The notes: a model not told the origin generated them from the letters alone. Shown: positions 1-15,400, numbered from the stretch's first letter. The stretch is DNA of 64,000 nt from Acanthaster planci (GCF_001949145.1 NW_019091359.1:3894460-3958459), one strand, 5' to 3'. Numbers and translations: made by a program.

Positions 1-273
1 CATTGTCTCGCAGGAATCTGGGGAATTCCTTTCAGACATCTTGGGGGGGGGGATGTGTTAAGTAACAATAGTCTGGAATGTGTATAGGGATTGGACATGT
101 TGGGGGGTACCCCTCGGTCTCATTTCTTGCTAGGTATAAAAGTCATAGAGGCAGCCATTGCATGCACAGGTACATGTACTGTATGAGCTCTTACATCATA
201 CATGTACTGCACTTTGTACCTGTAAATGTTCCTTTTAACAAAAATTTAAGCATTGTTGTTTCTCTTATTTCAG

Positions 274-451
274 AGGTCATTACAACTGGTTACAGCTTGA
301 CCGCAAGGTTCTAGACCACGAGTTCCTGCCAAGAACCGGAACCCTCATCCTTTACTTTCAAGTTCAGTTCTTTTGTGAGAGTATAGCACATCTCAGGGAT
401 AGCATCACTATTGAACTATTTTATCTTCAGGCAAAGAATTCTATCTTCAAG
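274..451 (+). CDS. FRMD4A: FRMD4 exon, FERM-N/FERM-M (GHYNWLQLDRKVLDHEF...IELFYLQAKNSIFK)
   Basis: tttcag acceptor at 273, AG|gtgagt donor at 452, open frame, FERM motif. Confidence 0.93.
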
Positions 452-3400
452 GTGAGTGCATGTTTGTTAATGCATGCGTGATTTACTTTTTCTTCAACTT
501 TAGTCCACTATTAGGCTTTGTTGTAGGTACATGTACATGTAATAAAGGGATTCTGGATTCTGGAGACCAACCTCAAGCTTTACATGAGGATATGCCCCAG
601 TGTTTTGCAGTGTACCGGTACATTGTACCTGTGCCTGTATTGACAGTGAATACATGTACATGTAGTACATTTACAGTGTACATTTGTACTTGTTCCAAAC
701 CTGGAAAATTGACTTCAAAATGACAACTTGGTATTCCTGTACAGTTTATAAACATTTTTGCTTCAAAGAAAAGCAGGATGTTCAGCTATTTACATGTGTA
801 TACATGACATGTACTGTAAGATACAGGTACCATACTTAACCTACATGTACATGTAAGGCACTAAATTCAGTAATAATACTCTGTACCCAGAGCTGTCTAA
901 AAACAGTATTGACATTGTACCGGTACGTGTAAAACCATGGGGAAGGGGGGAGGTTGAGGTCTTCAAATGTCAAGACAAGAATGACAGCAAATTACACACA
1001 AATAACAGATGTCTTCAACACTTTCAGATGTGAAAATAAAAGCACATAACCACTGATACATGTGCATTTAAGAAAATAATAAGGTCTACATATACCGGTA
1101 CATTGAAAAACAGCAAGAAATTCAAAAGAGAAAGAAAAACAAATCTGAATACATGTATAAAGGGTGAAAGAAGGAAACACAGAGAAAACCCTATATTAAG
1201 TTCTCTGTTCCCTGTATGAAGTTCCCTCTACATGCATGTATAATGTTCCATGTTCCCGATAATAAAGTTTACTGTACAAGATTCCTTGTAGAAAGTTCTT
1301 TATTGAAAGTTTGGACTTTTGCTTTCTTGGTAACGATTCATTGTACCATGAAGGAAGGAAAAGATGTACCGATACCCTTGTTGAAATTGTTAAATGTGAA
1401 TATCTGCAAACTTACATGTAGTGGAAAAAAAACATTCATTTTACATTATTACAAATGAGAGTATGGACTCTAGAGAATTTGTGCTGTGTCCAATCCAGCA
1501 CTACATGTACATGTATGTGTATGCAACCTTTGTCCAAGAAAAAAACCCATGCATATCAAAAGCATTGAAACCTTGAATAAAGCCAGTACCACTGCATGTG
1601 TATTGTGCTTGCACCTTATTATTTAGTGAGTAAATATTGGGTAAAAGAAATTGGAATTTTCTGGTTGTTTGGTCAAACGCTGGGAACAAATTGAAACATT
1701 CTTGGTTTGGGAAAGAAAGCAAACTTTGTATGGGCAGAGAGAGCCCACACAATGCAATATGAGACAGAACTCACATGTGTACATGCACAATGAATTCTGT
1801 AATAAGGCCCAGCAGCATTAAAAAGTGAATGTCCTCTAAGCTTTTTTTTGAAGCCTGTGTGTAACCCAAGGCAAGATGGATTTCTGAGACTGATTTATTG
1901 ATACAAGGCAGACAACTTTTTCTAAAACAAATGCTTGTCAGAATTTTGGCCCAGAGAAGTTGAGAGGACATGGGAACACAGATTTTGGGTATGCTTTGAC
2001 CCTTCCTCGCCGATTGTTTTTTGCAGCCACAACTTGAGATAACAAATGCAAAATGTTATACTGGTAGATTTACAGATATTGCTATGGGGCACCAGAATCA
2101 TCTTGAATCATACACATGTAAAGACAACAATGTAATTATTAGTTCAGTACACAGTGCTAACAACATACATGTACCGGTAGCACCACTATCACAAAAGAAC
2201 TTCTCTGATGATGCCGGATTTAATAACGCATAAGTAACAGGCAAGAAACACTGGATTTTGTGATGCATGTGTAATGGGCAAGAGACGCCTAGATTCTGTA
2301 ACAGAAACATAACGGGCAAGAGACGCTGAACCTTCAACTGGTGGCCCAGTAACCGAGAGACTGTGTGTGCGGCAAGTCGCCAGTAAGTTTGCCCCGTCCC
2401 AACCCCCCCAACTTCGGCCCAAGGTAGGGGGGGGGCTGTGGGGGGCCGGGGAGAGGCCACCCCGCGACTGGGGCTTTTAGGCCCAAAACAGGTCATGGGG
2501 GTTCCCTGGAGACAGGGTCCTGGGAACCGTATTGTGAGAAATGAGACATTGTTGGTACATAGTACTGTACATTTCAAGTAATTCAAACTTTTACTTTGTG
2601 TTCACATCTGTTGTTAGAAAGGATTAACACAAAATGAAAGGTGTCTGTTTTGATGGATTGTAAAGCTTGCAGAATCCCATTTGTCATCTTATATGTAACA
2701 GTACATTACATGTGTAAATGTACATGTACACAAGTACATGCACATGTACATTTACAGTGTACATGTACACATGTACCGGTATGTTTTACAAGTTGGCATA
2801 CCGGTGCATGTACACTGTACATGTACATGTGTGTAGGCTACATTGTACATGTACACTGTACAGTACATGTACATGTAAGTATCAAGAAACTTGTGGTAAT
2901 TATGGATTGATTATGGTACAGAGTTACTGGGTAACCGTTTATATTGCTTAGAACAAGCATGTTGGAGTCAGTTTCTACTGTTATGGGGGCCAGCCTATGA
3001 GTATAGTACCCTACATGTACATGTACAGGACACATGTACATGTACCATTCATTCAAGATGTAAATGTACATGCACTGCAGGCCTACATGTGTACATGTAC
3101 CTTTATTTGGTATCAGCAGTTGGTCCTGCATGTACAGGTACTATGAGTGCTAATTAAGAGCAGGTGGGTTCTGCTGAGGGCCTTCTCTTCCTGAAGCAAC
3201 AAATCCCTCTGGCCTTGTATTAATTGAGTCTGACTTCTCTCAGTGGAGTTGATTCAGGCAAGGTTGGTCTGAGGTCATCTTAGGCAGGTGTACTACAGCA
3301 GTTCTCAAGTTTTGTCTTGTACATCTACCGGAACCTGTATGGTATCTATCCCCACAAAAAGTCTCTCTCACAAGAAGAATGGGAAACAGTAACAAATTTT

Positions 3401-6400
3401 GAAAAAAATTCTGCCACAGGTAAACAATTCTACCGGGTAGCCTACCCTTCTATCTTTACAATACTGTACATGTGGGAATTTTTTTCAGGGGATGCTGGTA
3501 TGTTTTGAGTGTTCCCCTCAAAATGACCTGAACAGATCTTATGCTCAGGCAGAAAATAAAGACTGTCAAATTATCAGTACATGTAGATGTATATGCAAGC
3601 TTTTATTAGTACTGTATCGGTAGATCACGTCAAGTTTCCACGCACCAGAGAACAGATACTGGTAAATATCTTTTGATGCTGGATGTCTTGCATATCAAGC
3701 GCAGATCGATAAATACCGGTACATGTATATAAAGATATGAGTAGTCCACTCTGAAATGATTTTTAATTTTGTTTTAACGGTACATGTATATGCTCCTGTT
3801 TCTTTTCTAGTCTTCAAAATCAATACTTAAACTGGGATAAAAACCATCTTCTTCCTACTGGTAGCATGCACGTCCACGTACATACATGTACATGTACCAT
3901 GTGTACAGTACAGCTGCTGGTCATTATAGTACATATAATTGTAAAAGGGGTACAATACACATGTACATGTATTTCAAATTTCTGTTCAACTAAAATAATT
4001 CCAGTTACATGTACATGAAAATCTTTCTTTTTTGTTTCATGCATGCACGTCAAATTCGAGAGAACCTTGAGAATTTTGATGGTTGAATGCATGCATGTTT
4101 TCCCCTAAATTTATTAGTTACAATGTTGTATAAAGAACTCTTGTTTCTTCCATCAAAGAACCTTGGAGAATACATGTAGGTTTTGATTTGTCTTGAGTTG
4201 AAACCAAATTTAGTCATTGTTATTAAAATCTTACAGTAGAATCTCTTTGATTTGCTCATCACCAGGGTGACATTGAAGTAGACAGTGAAACTGTGTTTGA
4301 GTTGGCAGCCTATGTACTACAAGCTACAGATGGGGATTTTATAAGGTAAGGATTAGTGTTTTAATAAGGGAAAAAATGTGCCCGGTTGGTCTTACAAAGT
4401 GCATTCAAAACCGGCTCAGAAGAATGTACTTGATTAATTCTGAAGCCGCAGGTGAACGTTCGTTCTCCTGAGCAAGGTCTTAAAAGTTTGTTTGAGTACC
4501 AAACACATTATTCCCATTCATAAATACATGTATATGTACCTTATTATTCAGTGAGTCAAAAGAAGTCTTCCAAAGATTTCCACCGATTTTGTTCTAAAAT
4601 TTTACTTTCATTTTCTTGAATACCCCCATCCATTTTATGGTATATTCCTTTTGACAGTTGTCCAATAGAATCCCCTTCAATGAACTTAGTGCGCGCGTGG
4701 CACTTTGCGTGCACACAGACTCCTGACCAATCAGACCCAATTAAACTGTCTCGTATCCATCTGCCAGTGCCTGATTTATGCAGCGGGCATTATCAAATGT
4801 TAATACATGGTTATGTGATGCGTTTTGATCAATAGGAATAGAAAAACTGTCTGAGGTACAGATATTTATTCTATGAGGATTTTCAAAATTTTTCTTGGAC
4901 ATCATGAATGTCTTTTTATGGATATTTGTGGAAATTTACATGTGTATATGTACTGCAAGCTGACTTCTTTCATGCACATCATTAGCAAGTTGATGTGAAA
5001 TGTTATCCAAGGCCTCCGGATTCACTATCCACAGATTCATTTGCATTTAACAATGTACGGGTACATGTTATGGTACCGGGGTAGTTACAAGGCAGAAATA
5101 TTGCGAACTAAATCTACATGTACCAGTACACGTACCTCCTAAAATCCATCATAAGCAAATTAGATATACCCAGTAAATTAACATTTATTTCTCTTGAGTT
5201 CTTGATCAGACTTAAAATTCTCTGTTTATTAAAAGTGAAGATGCCCAGTGAGAATCTAGAACAAGTTAACTTGTTAGACCAGGTACCGGTACTGTACATT
5301 TTATTACATGTACATTTTATGTAGTACTTTATCATGCATGGAAATTGTTTCAAGATGGACGTCTGAAATGCTAACAATGCTAAAACTTTGCATTAATGAT
5401 ACTCCTCTGGATATAAACAACAATCAGAGCAGATTGCTTCCATGTGTCAAAGAGACACATTGAGAAAGTGACGATAAATGTCACCTGAAGACATGGCACC
5501 AGGCTCAAATCCAGTGGCTTGATATCGAATGGGGAGAAAACTTGGGAGAGAGACAAAGATGCTGAATCAGGCACAATGTGAATCTGATGGAGAGAGACTA
5601 TTTCAGTATGCCATCTACATGTACATGAGCACCTTGAAAATTACTTTGGATGTTATCTGCTGTTAAACTTGCCTGGAATGGGAAATAAATATTATGAATG
5701 TAACATCAAAAGAATAAGTTTCTCTTTTTGTGTTTGTGTTCTGACAGTATAATTGATATGAATGATGCACAAGGGATTTGTGATTTGTTGATTTGATACA
5801 TATAGATAACCATCGTTACCTTGTTTGAATGATTTTTACATGTAGTTGAATGATGCACAAGGGATTGGTGATTGGTCAATGAATGATTTGATATATGTAC
5901 ATGTAGATAACCATTGTTACCTTGTTTGAATGATTTTTAGTTGAATGATGCACAGGGGATTGGTGATCAGTCAATGAATGATTTGATAGACAACCATCGT
6001 TACCTTGTTTGAATGACTTTGGCACTTGTGTCACCATGTGGCTTGCATTTCCTTCAGTCAAAGGATCAGTTAAATTATGGTTAAAGAATTCCTGACCAAA
6101 GTAATTTATCTCTTCCATTTCCTGTTAACTTTACCTTATCTTATAGTGATGCTAAAGCAAGGAATGATCTGAAGACGCTCCCAGTCCTACCTCACAGCAC
6201 ACTCAGGGAGCATCCTTCACTGCCTTATTGCGAGGAGAAGATAATCTTCTATTATCGTCAACTAAAGGGCCTCAGTCGAGGACAGGCAATAATTTGGTAA
6301 GTAGGTAATTCCAGAAATTAGGGGTCCAAAAGTGTGAACTTTTTGTGTCCCTGTTACATATGACCTTTGTTATTTGACATGGAAACATCAACTGGAATCG

Positions 6401-9400
6401 ATTTCAAACTATTACTATTTCTTTGGAAGGTACCGTACTTTGCATTAATTTAATTCGTCACTCTTGGAAATTTGAAAATGTGTTTTGAACTTACAAAACC
6501 ATCTGTCATATGTGACAGGGACACAAAAAAAATGGATCACTAATTTCTGGAATTACCCAAGTACATGTAGAAGACTCCTGTTACTTTACATGGGGTGCAG
6601 TGTGCCTGCTATTTCGAGAATTCAAGAAGTTTCCTTTTAAACATACCAAGGAGTGTGCTGTGAACATTTGGGGTTGTTTGTTTGTCTAGGCTAATCTGCT
6701 TAAATAACAACCATATCATGAATGACACATGTATAAGCTTGTGAAGGAATAGGCCTATTCACACGAGCGCCGATAACAGAGGTCCTGTGTGATGAAATCA
6801 CATTGATGTTAAAATCACAGAGATATCATGTAGTGTGAAAGTCTAGGTCACGAAATCGCACAGTTATAACACAGGTCCTGAGCGATCATCGCAGCAATCG
6901 AGACCTCCTCCAAAACTTCGCATCGATGCAAAATCTGTGTTATGATCACCGTGATTGGACGTGCGAATGCAGAGAGTGATCGTTGCGAGGGTCCTGTGAG
7001 TTGATACACCTTGTGGTTGTGCACGGCTCCCTCCATTTTATCTAGATATCGGTCCTAGCCATCATCCTAATGATGTCCATCGTTTCTTCAAAAGTCCAGG
7101 AAATCTTCTTTTTTCTGTGTTTTTTTCACGGTATTTTGGCAAAATACCGTGAAAAACAAAGTGACGTGCGAAGCTGGTATCGCACTTGGGGTGTATGTTC
7201 CAACGTGTAATTCATGGCACCACTTGTCCCGTATTGAATGTCCATGTGTGCCCTCGTACTGTACTGTACAGAACTACACGTGCTATATAATCCTACCAAA
7301 TTGCAACAACCTTGTTTCCCCACGATCCATGGGCCTCGAGCTACATGAAACTCAGACAAGAAACTGGGGGTGAGTTTGTTTTGTCAAACATTTCATTTTT
7401 GCTGTGAAGCCACTGTTGCTAGTACAGTTTGGGCCGGTGCCAGTTTCGGATCCGCACCTCGAGCTCGCCGTGGCTGCATGCATGATTTTAAAAGAAATTT
7501 CCATTCGCAAATATTGGGAATTTCATTTTCATGTTTGTCTCGCTTTTTGCACAAAATATATCGCATTTTGCGATGCGAATTCAGCTGTTCCCATCACTGC
7601 TTTGCTCGGCTATTTCAGACAGGTCAGAAGTTGCAAATCGTGGCAGAACAAGGAATGTCAGCTATGTGATAAACATTGCACCATGTGAAAGTCGGCGAAG
7701 AAATCTCACACATAGCAAGACGCTGTGGCGTTGATTGTCGCAGACATTCGTTTTCGGCGCTCGTGTGAAGAGGCCTTATGTGCACTTGTTTTCTGCTTTG
7801 TGAAGTGTGTGCATATCCTCCATCAGACTGTACAAGTATGTATTATTATACATGTAAATCACAGTCCCATGGGCCATCATGAAGGACAGTAAGGATAGAC
7901 AGTAAAGAGGCCAGAAATAGTCAAGGTGTAGTTTAATAGAAAAAAATACAAAGGAAGTACATGTACATGCATATATGCACATTTATGCACATGCACATTA
8001 CAATCAAGTATGACATACGTCAAAATCGTTGCAAAGATTTTGTAATTTGTTAACAGAACAGAGCTATTAACAGAAACAGAAACTAAGAATAAGAATGCAG
8101 TCTTGCCATCGATATAAGGGATAACTTTGAGGAGGGGATAAAATATGTGATAAATGTAATGATGACATTTAGCATAGGATGTATGATACACGGCTATATC
8201 CCTGCTCTCACAGGATGTTGTCCTAGGACCCCAACTGAGAAATACTGATTGGCAATTTATTCCTGAATTGTTGACAGTGTTTCATGGAGAATGCAGACAA
8301 ACTGTGTGAGATAAATTACCTGGATGTCACTCCCTAACATGATGCTGCATGTGTGGGATATTGGACACACAATGAGAAAATGAGAGAAAAAAAGCAAAAG
8401 CAGAAACATGTTAAAAACAGTACCTTTTGAATGAAAGCATGTCAATCAGTTATTTTTTTAAAATGCTCTGCTGACTGCAAGCACAGCTCTTCGTTTTATT
8501 TTTAATTTTCAAACTTTCAGGAATTACTGAAAANNNNNNNNNNNNNNNNNNNNNNNNNNNNNNNNNNNNNNNNNNNNNNNNNNNNNNNNNNNNNNNNNNN
8601 NNNNNNNNNNNNNNNNNNNNNNNNNNNNNNNNNNNNNNNNNNNNNNNNNNNNNNNNNNNNNNNNNNNNNNNNNNNNNNNNNNNNNNNNNNNNNNNNNNNN
8701 NNNNNNNNNNNNNNNNNNNNNNNNNNNNNNNNNNNNNNNNNNNNNNNNNNNNNNNNNNNNNNNNNNNNNNNNNNNNNNNNNNNNNNNNNNNNNNNNNNNN
8801 NNNNNNNNNNNNNNNNNNNNNNNNNNNNNNNNNNNNNNNNNNNNNNNNNNNNNNNNNNNNNNNNNNNNNNNNNNNNNNNNNNNNNNNNNNNNNNNNNNNN
8901 NNNNNNNNNNNNNNNNNNNNNNNNNNNNNNNNNNNNNNNNNNNNNNNNNNNNNNNNNNNNNNNNNNNNNNNNNNNNNNNNNNNNNNNNNNNNNNNNNNNN
9001 NNNNNNNNNNNNNNNNNNNNNNNNNNNNNNNNNNNNNNNNNNNNNNNNNNNNNNNNNNNNNNNNNNNNNNNNNNNNNNNNNNAAATGTAATATTTAGATT
9101 ATGCTTCCTCCTCTCCCTTTTCTTTTTCAAAAATATTTGTCCTTTCAAAAACATGTAGGCTAGTCAAATTGCATATTTTGCACAAACAGCATGTATATGT
9201 ACGTGTATGTGTAGAGAAACCAAGTTCTACCGTTTTTGTCTTTTGAGTGTGTTTTAGACAGATCCTTCCTGGGTCTGTATACATATATATATACATGTAG
9301 GTCTGTAAATGTCAGGCCTCTAACTGTTAAGGCTGTGCTGTTACATGTTCTGGATCTACATGCACCTGTCTGCTAGTGTAGGTTTCAAGATTTTTGGTAC

Positions 9401-12400
9401 CTCATGTACTGCTGATGCACTACTGTACATGTACGTACGTCTGACTGACACATCGATCTTCACCATTCTATTATGCATCCTGTGTCAAAAATAGCACACA
9501 GGCTCATATCTCTTCTTACCTTGCTCCCATTTCTCATGCAGTGACGGAATTCACACATCTACAGATCTTGTATTGTAGAGTTTTTTCCTCTTTTATGTTC
9601 TTTTATTAGTGTTCTTTGTACATATACCAAAATAAAAAATGTGTTAACTAGAGTGTACTGTACATGTACTGTACAATGTACGTCTTACGTACATGTACTG
9701 ATACACTAGATCCTGCAGAAAGAAGTCCATGTACATACATACATAATTTTTACAAAATACACTTGTATGTTGGGCAAAGTACAAGTGCTCATACATGTAG
9801 GAATGATCTAACTTGATTTAGTGTACTCATCATCAGGTACATGTATGGTGTATGGTACATGTAACTTGTCACAAATATACTGGTTTGCAAAGCTGAGCAT
9901 GTTTTGGCTATAGGGTAGGTCTTGTAGACATTGCTTTATCAAGAGAAGGGGGGCAGTGACTGAATCAGCCAATTAAAAAAAAATCTAACAATGAAAAATG
10001 GAGGACACCACTGTAATCCAATATCCTTGAGGGTGGTGTTAGTGATAATTGTGTTCCACTGACCATTCTGATGATTTGTGAGGCTGAGGTTTTAAGGGTG
10101 ATGACTTTCAGTATGCCTGTGGTTTTGTGGTCAACCAGAGTCAGTGGGCTTGTCATGGTTTTAGATTTATGAAAATGATTAAAGGTGAAATTACTGCATC
10201 AAGTATCTCATGGAAGTAAGAATATTTCAGTTTTACTGAAAGAATTTGCTTTCCTTCTTCCTTTTTTAGTGTGAAAGATGATCTCAGAAAGTATCAGTAT
10301 GTGAGGTAATCTTTTTATGATCCCCTGTGAATGGAGCACTCTTTATAAAGCCACCTGAAAGTTTTAAACATTAAAACTTGTACATTGTATTTAATGACCA
10401 AATTGTGTGGTTATGACATTTTCAAAATTTGCATGAGAGGTGATTCTATTTCCAATTGCAGTCGAGTCAACAACCCATTATCAAGCTGTTGCTTTAAACT
10501 TGAGTGAAAGTGCCAAATTAAAGCAGTGAGTGGACAGTTTGCAGTGTGGGCAGAATCAGGCTTATTAGTGTTAACGAGAACATGTGACAAATTAAAAGCT
10601 GTAATAACAATCCCGACAACCTGCATGTCCTGTTTATATCAGAACTAAACAGCAGAATTTGATAAAATGTACTACCTCAGTCTAAGATGTGGCAGTTTCA
10701 GGAGAATGGATATTTTCCCTAGAAACATCTCCTGCCTGCTTTGTGTTTTATGCAGTTACGGTACTGTAGCTGTCTCAACCTGTGTGAGAAGTTGGCATGG
10801 GTGTTCCAGTTAAGTCATGTCCAGGTTAGCCAGTTGCATTAGCAGAAGCCTACATGTACATGTTCATTTACATGTACCGGTACAAAGGTGTTGGGTATAC
10901 ATGTACATGTACGTCCGAAAGTGAATACGATTCCTTGGATTCATTGAACCGGCTAGTCTGAATTATTTATTTAGTTGTATGTGTGGTTCTAGCACTGTGG
11001 TGAGAATGGAAACACTGGCTTAAATACTCTTGGGATGAAATCGTAACATCAACAAATTAAGGTATGATCATAAACAGGGAACAGTCTGGTGCATGTACAT
11101 GCATGGTCACAGGTACATGTACAGTACATACACATTTGAATATTTGCAGCAGTCAAATTTCATGGAGGATGTACATGTTTTGTCAATTACAGAATGATAA
11201 TATTGCTCATAAATCATGGGTTGTGTTCTTTGTACCGCTACATGTGCATGAAGCTACTGGTATTTATTTGGAAGGAAACTTGCACCAAAATTGAACTTTG
11301 GTCTTTGGTCAGACTTGGTTAAAATTATGTACGGTAGTATCCCTGCTAATGCACAACTACAACCGGTTTTTCTTTAAAATATCGTGTATTGTTGAATAAG
11401 TTCAAGATGCTCTGAAACATTCCAGAATGACTAGAATAGTCACAACCTACATGTATATCATTCAAAAAAATTGAGTTGATTGACCCGTTTTGTACATGTA
11501 CCTCATCAGATGAAATGTGTAAAATTTGAATGTCACACAGCATTCAACTTTATGGAATGACCTGAATGTACGACTACCATACTCTATCTGCTGTGAATGT
11601 ACTAGTGCTTACAATGTACCTGTACATGTACATGTACAGTTTGTTCCTACCGCAACTGTTCTATGTACATGTACATGTACTGATACATGTATCCATTTAT
11701 CTAAGTGAGACTGCCTACAAGGCATTTAACAAGTGAAATTCAATTACTGGTACCTGTAAGTCACGAAATTGATGTACAGTGTACCTTGGAAAGACAAAAC
11801 AAAGCCAGCCATTGGTTGTCAAACTGATATCGGCTTTATTGTGAACCTTGTTTGTGCACTTTTTTGTTGAACGGTGTTTGCTCAGCATTCAATATTAACT
11901 GGAATCACCCTATGACATTCAAAGCACTGTGTTGATGGAGGCATTGTTGATTGAAGCCTTCTCAGTGCCAAATCAGGGAGACAGGAAGACATTATGGTGT
12001 TCACTAATGAGTCTGGTGGCGTCTGGGATTTTGCTAATGCTAAGATGTTGGGAGTGCCTGGAAATCCAGAATATTTAATGGGTCCCTACGCCCCCATATG
12101 AGTGTTCTAATTTTTCATCCTTACCCAGATAAGACAAGCTGTGGTTAAAGGCTTTATATCCTAACCTTCAATCAATTGTGACATTTCCTTCCCTGATTGC
12201 TCTCTTTCATGCTGTATTTATTACTTTTAATTACGCTCTATGACAGCTGGAGTTCAAATCAAATACTGCTCACAGTTACTCTGATTTATGATTGCAGATT
12301 TAGAACATTCAGTCATGCAGCAGTAGATCATTCTCATACATGTGGTATTGTCAACCATTGAACACGGGGCATATCTCGTTCAAATTGTTACACCAGTAGA

Positions 12401-15400
12401 AGACGTATACTGGTACATGTACAAATATTCAAAAAACATTCCCTTTTGAGTGCAATATTGAACTTTTCAGTTTTGAGTTAATTTATACATGAAATCATTA
12501 TTATGGCCATATTCTGCTTTAATTGAAACCTGAAATTTGCACTTTTGTTCTTATCAATTTCTTTTTTAAATTGAAGATGGTATTGAAGGAATCTTACCAA
12601 AATACAAAATGTTTTATTATTTGTAACAAGTACACATGTACCAGTACATGTACATGTACCCCAGTACATGTACTGGCCTAGTGTGTTACCTTATTTGATG
12701 ATGCTGGAAATATCAGTTTCCACAACAAATAAGAAGTCTGAAAATACTGGTAACTGAGAAGGCAAGTCCAAAGCAAATATTCCTTTCCTGTGACCAGTCT
12801 CCTGTTTTGTTCCATACACCCCAAGACTAATTCCTTATTTCAGGAAAGGACCATAAGCTTGAGAACTCTGACCATGAAGGATTTCTGCTGTGAAAGACTT
12901 CTCCTCAGTTTGCATTGACCTCTTTTGTAAAATGATAGCTTTCATTCTAATGACTGCTGCTTTCACATTCAAATTTATAATTTATCATCACCTATACCTG
13001 CTTTGTCAATTCTCACTACATGGTGATAAAATTACAGCCAGGAAAATAAAAGTTACTGTGCCAAATGATGAAGCTTGGTAAACAAGGAGGTCTTTCTTCC
13101 GCAAAGCTGTATTGATGAGTCATGGCTAGGCTGAACAAACTCAGCTATGTACATACTGTGCACTACATGGTGCTTTGAAGGAAAACTTCTTCTGAATGCT
13201 GTATGAGCTTTCTGTTTGTGCCTTCCCAAGGTAAAATGATGAATGAGAGAGTAACTGAGTTTATAGTATGATGGTCAGGGTATTCTATTGGAACTGGAGG
13301 ATTGTTTCATGATTCATGTGTGGATAAGTGCCCATGTATAGAAGTCTAGAAGTGTAGTAGAACTGCTGATTGCCTGTTGATTGACAAAGTGAATGAATAC
13401 ATTTAGGTATACTGTACATGAAGCTGAGTTAATGTGTTGATATTTCTCGGGCTGTTTTTTTGTGCTTATCATTCCAGTCCTTCTCAAAACAGCAATCTGT
13501 TTGTTCCATTCAGTAGGCAGCATACCCTGCAAGCAGTCATTAGGAAGCATGACTTCCTTTGCCCAGGAAATAATTGGATCCTATGAAATTGTTGAATTTC
13601 CGTTAAGGCAGTCATCAGGAAAAACACCATGTCATTGAACCATGTTGACAAAAAAAATTAAGATGGACCACAGGGTGGAGCTTGTAAAAACAGCAGGTAT
13701 CTTCATTCATTCATGCTGCATTGCTGGTACAGTGCTGCTGTTGGATTGCTTATCACTTTCCCTTCAATTTCGAAATTGGTCTGTATCCAAATACATGTAC
13801 AGGTACATGTACAGTACATTATCCTGCATTGTACGTGTATGTTCTGAAGGAGACAGCTTTGATAGTCCCTTTTTTTTGGCATTTTTGATTACTTTGTTCA
13901 TGGATTTTGGTCTTCACACCTACATTTACATGTAGTTGGAATCTGTTGCCCTTTGGCAGAAAGTATCAAAAAAGCGTCTTGTGCCATAATTTGCAGCATT
14001 GAGAGATCATCCACCAGTACATGTACGTGCTCAAATGATGAAGAGAAGTACCTTGGTTATGTTGGTATTTTGGGATCGATCGTGAGAAGTTTTCCTGTTT
14101 CGCTAACAAGTCTGACCTCTGATCTTTGAAGTCGGTAGTGACTTACAGTGTAGGTTGATGTCATTTGCTATTTTTACAATGGAAACTTCAGATTAAATGT
14201 CATGACACCACAACAAATAAACCTGTTACAGCTGGAAGTCACACAGGCTATTTCATTCGTGCGGTGTACCAGTATCCTTAACTGCACTTGGCTAAAACAT
14301 AATACTCAGACCAGTTTGATAAATCAAAGTTGTTGAGCAACTTTCATCTCAGACAGGCACTAGAGTACAACCATTACAACCATACATGTACACTATTTCA
14401 AATAGTGCTTGATTATAGGCCCCATTACAAATGAACAGTGTAAAATCAAGAAAAAGCAAGCATTACGTGTAATCACCATTAGCGAACTGAAAGCTGGTTC
14501 TGATGGAGTGTAAATCTGTAAGGTTCACATGCATCATGCATGTACATGTTCAGTGTGAAAATGTTGAAATTTTGGACAACCCCTAATCTTATACTGGTAC
14601 TCTAATTGGAGGAGATGCCATACAGTGATGTACTGGTAACTGTGCTGGCAGGACACTCGCTTGTGTGTCCTTAAGCTTGATGTGTGCATACATAATGCAG
14701 TAAATACCGGTACAATGTAAATCACAGTACCCTATTGGTTGAAGAGGATTGTAATGTGTGAGAACCACCTGCCCATGAAAATAACTCCACACTAAAGGCT
14801 TCTTTATGCACTGGTTCATGTACATGTAATTATAGTAGTGGAAAAGTATTAGATTATCATTGTGTTATACAATGTACGTGCATTGTGATGTACCATTTAG
14901 TACCATTCTGCATACAAGCCATGAGCTACATGTGCATGTGTACCTGATAATTCAAGTGTAAAACAATGCGTGGATGTGTAGAATGTACAGACGTTAGTGT
15001 ACACATGTAGATTGCTGTGATCCAAGCAAAAGGAGAGAGTTGTACATGTAGGGCCATTTCTAAACAATCCTCCATGTACGGTATTTAGAGGGATATGGTT
15101 ACCCCTTTGATCTGTGGTATCAAAATAATGCTGTTAATGTTGTATCAGCTACCTGGGTAACACATGCTTCTCTAATACTGTACATTCATGTACACTGTAC
15201 ATGTCCTTGCAGTACATGTACAGCAATAATTCCTGACATCAATTACATTTTGGCTGGAAGGAAGTTGATGTTACTGTCTGCACCTAAGAATGCAACAATC
15301 TCAGCCAATATTCCTAGTGAATGACTCACTGCTCCAGCCCCATACACAAAAACCCAGGCAAACCCCCCAACCACAGGTCCCCTCAATCAATGAATTCAGT

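Noticed and set aside
2098..2586. 162-aa minus-strand ORF
   Set aside because: Runs across a GC-rich repeat fragment with no protein motif or splice support.
2641..3131. ORFs rich in HVHV/TCTC/MYMY (also many elsewhere)
   Set aside because: Translations of the CATGTA microsatellite, not proteins.
5759..6020. Tandem repeat as a CRISPR-like array
   Set aside because: Whole units are repeated with no unique spacers.
7404..7688. ORF inside the TIR element as a transposase remnant
   Set aside because: No recognisable DDE or Myb/SANT motif by eye.
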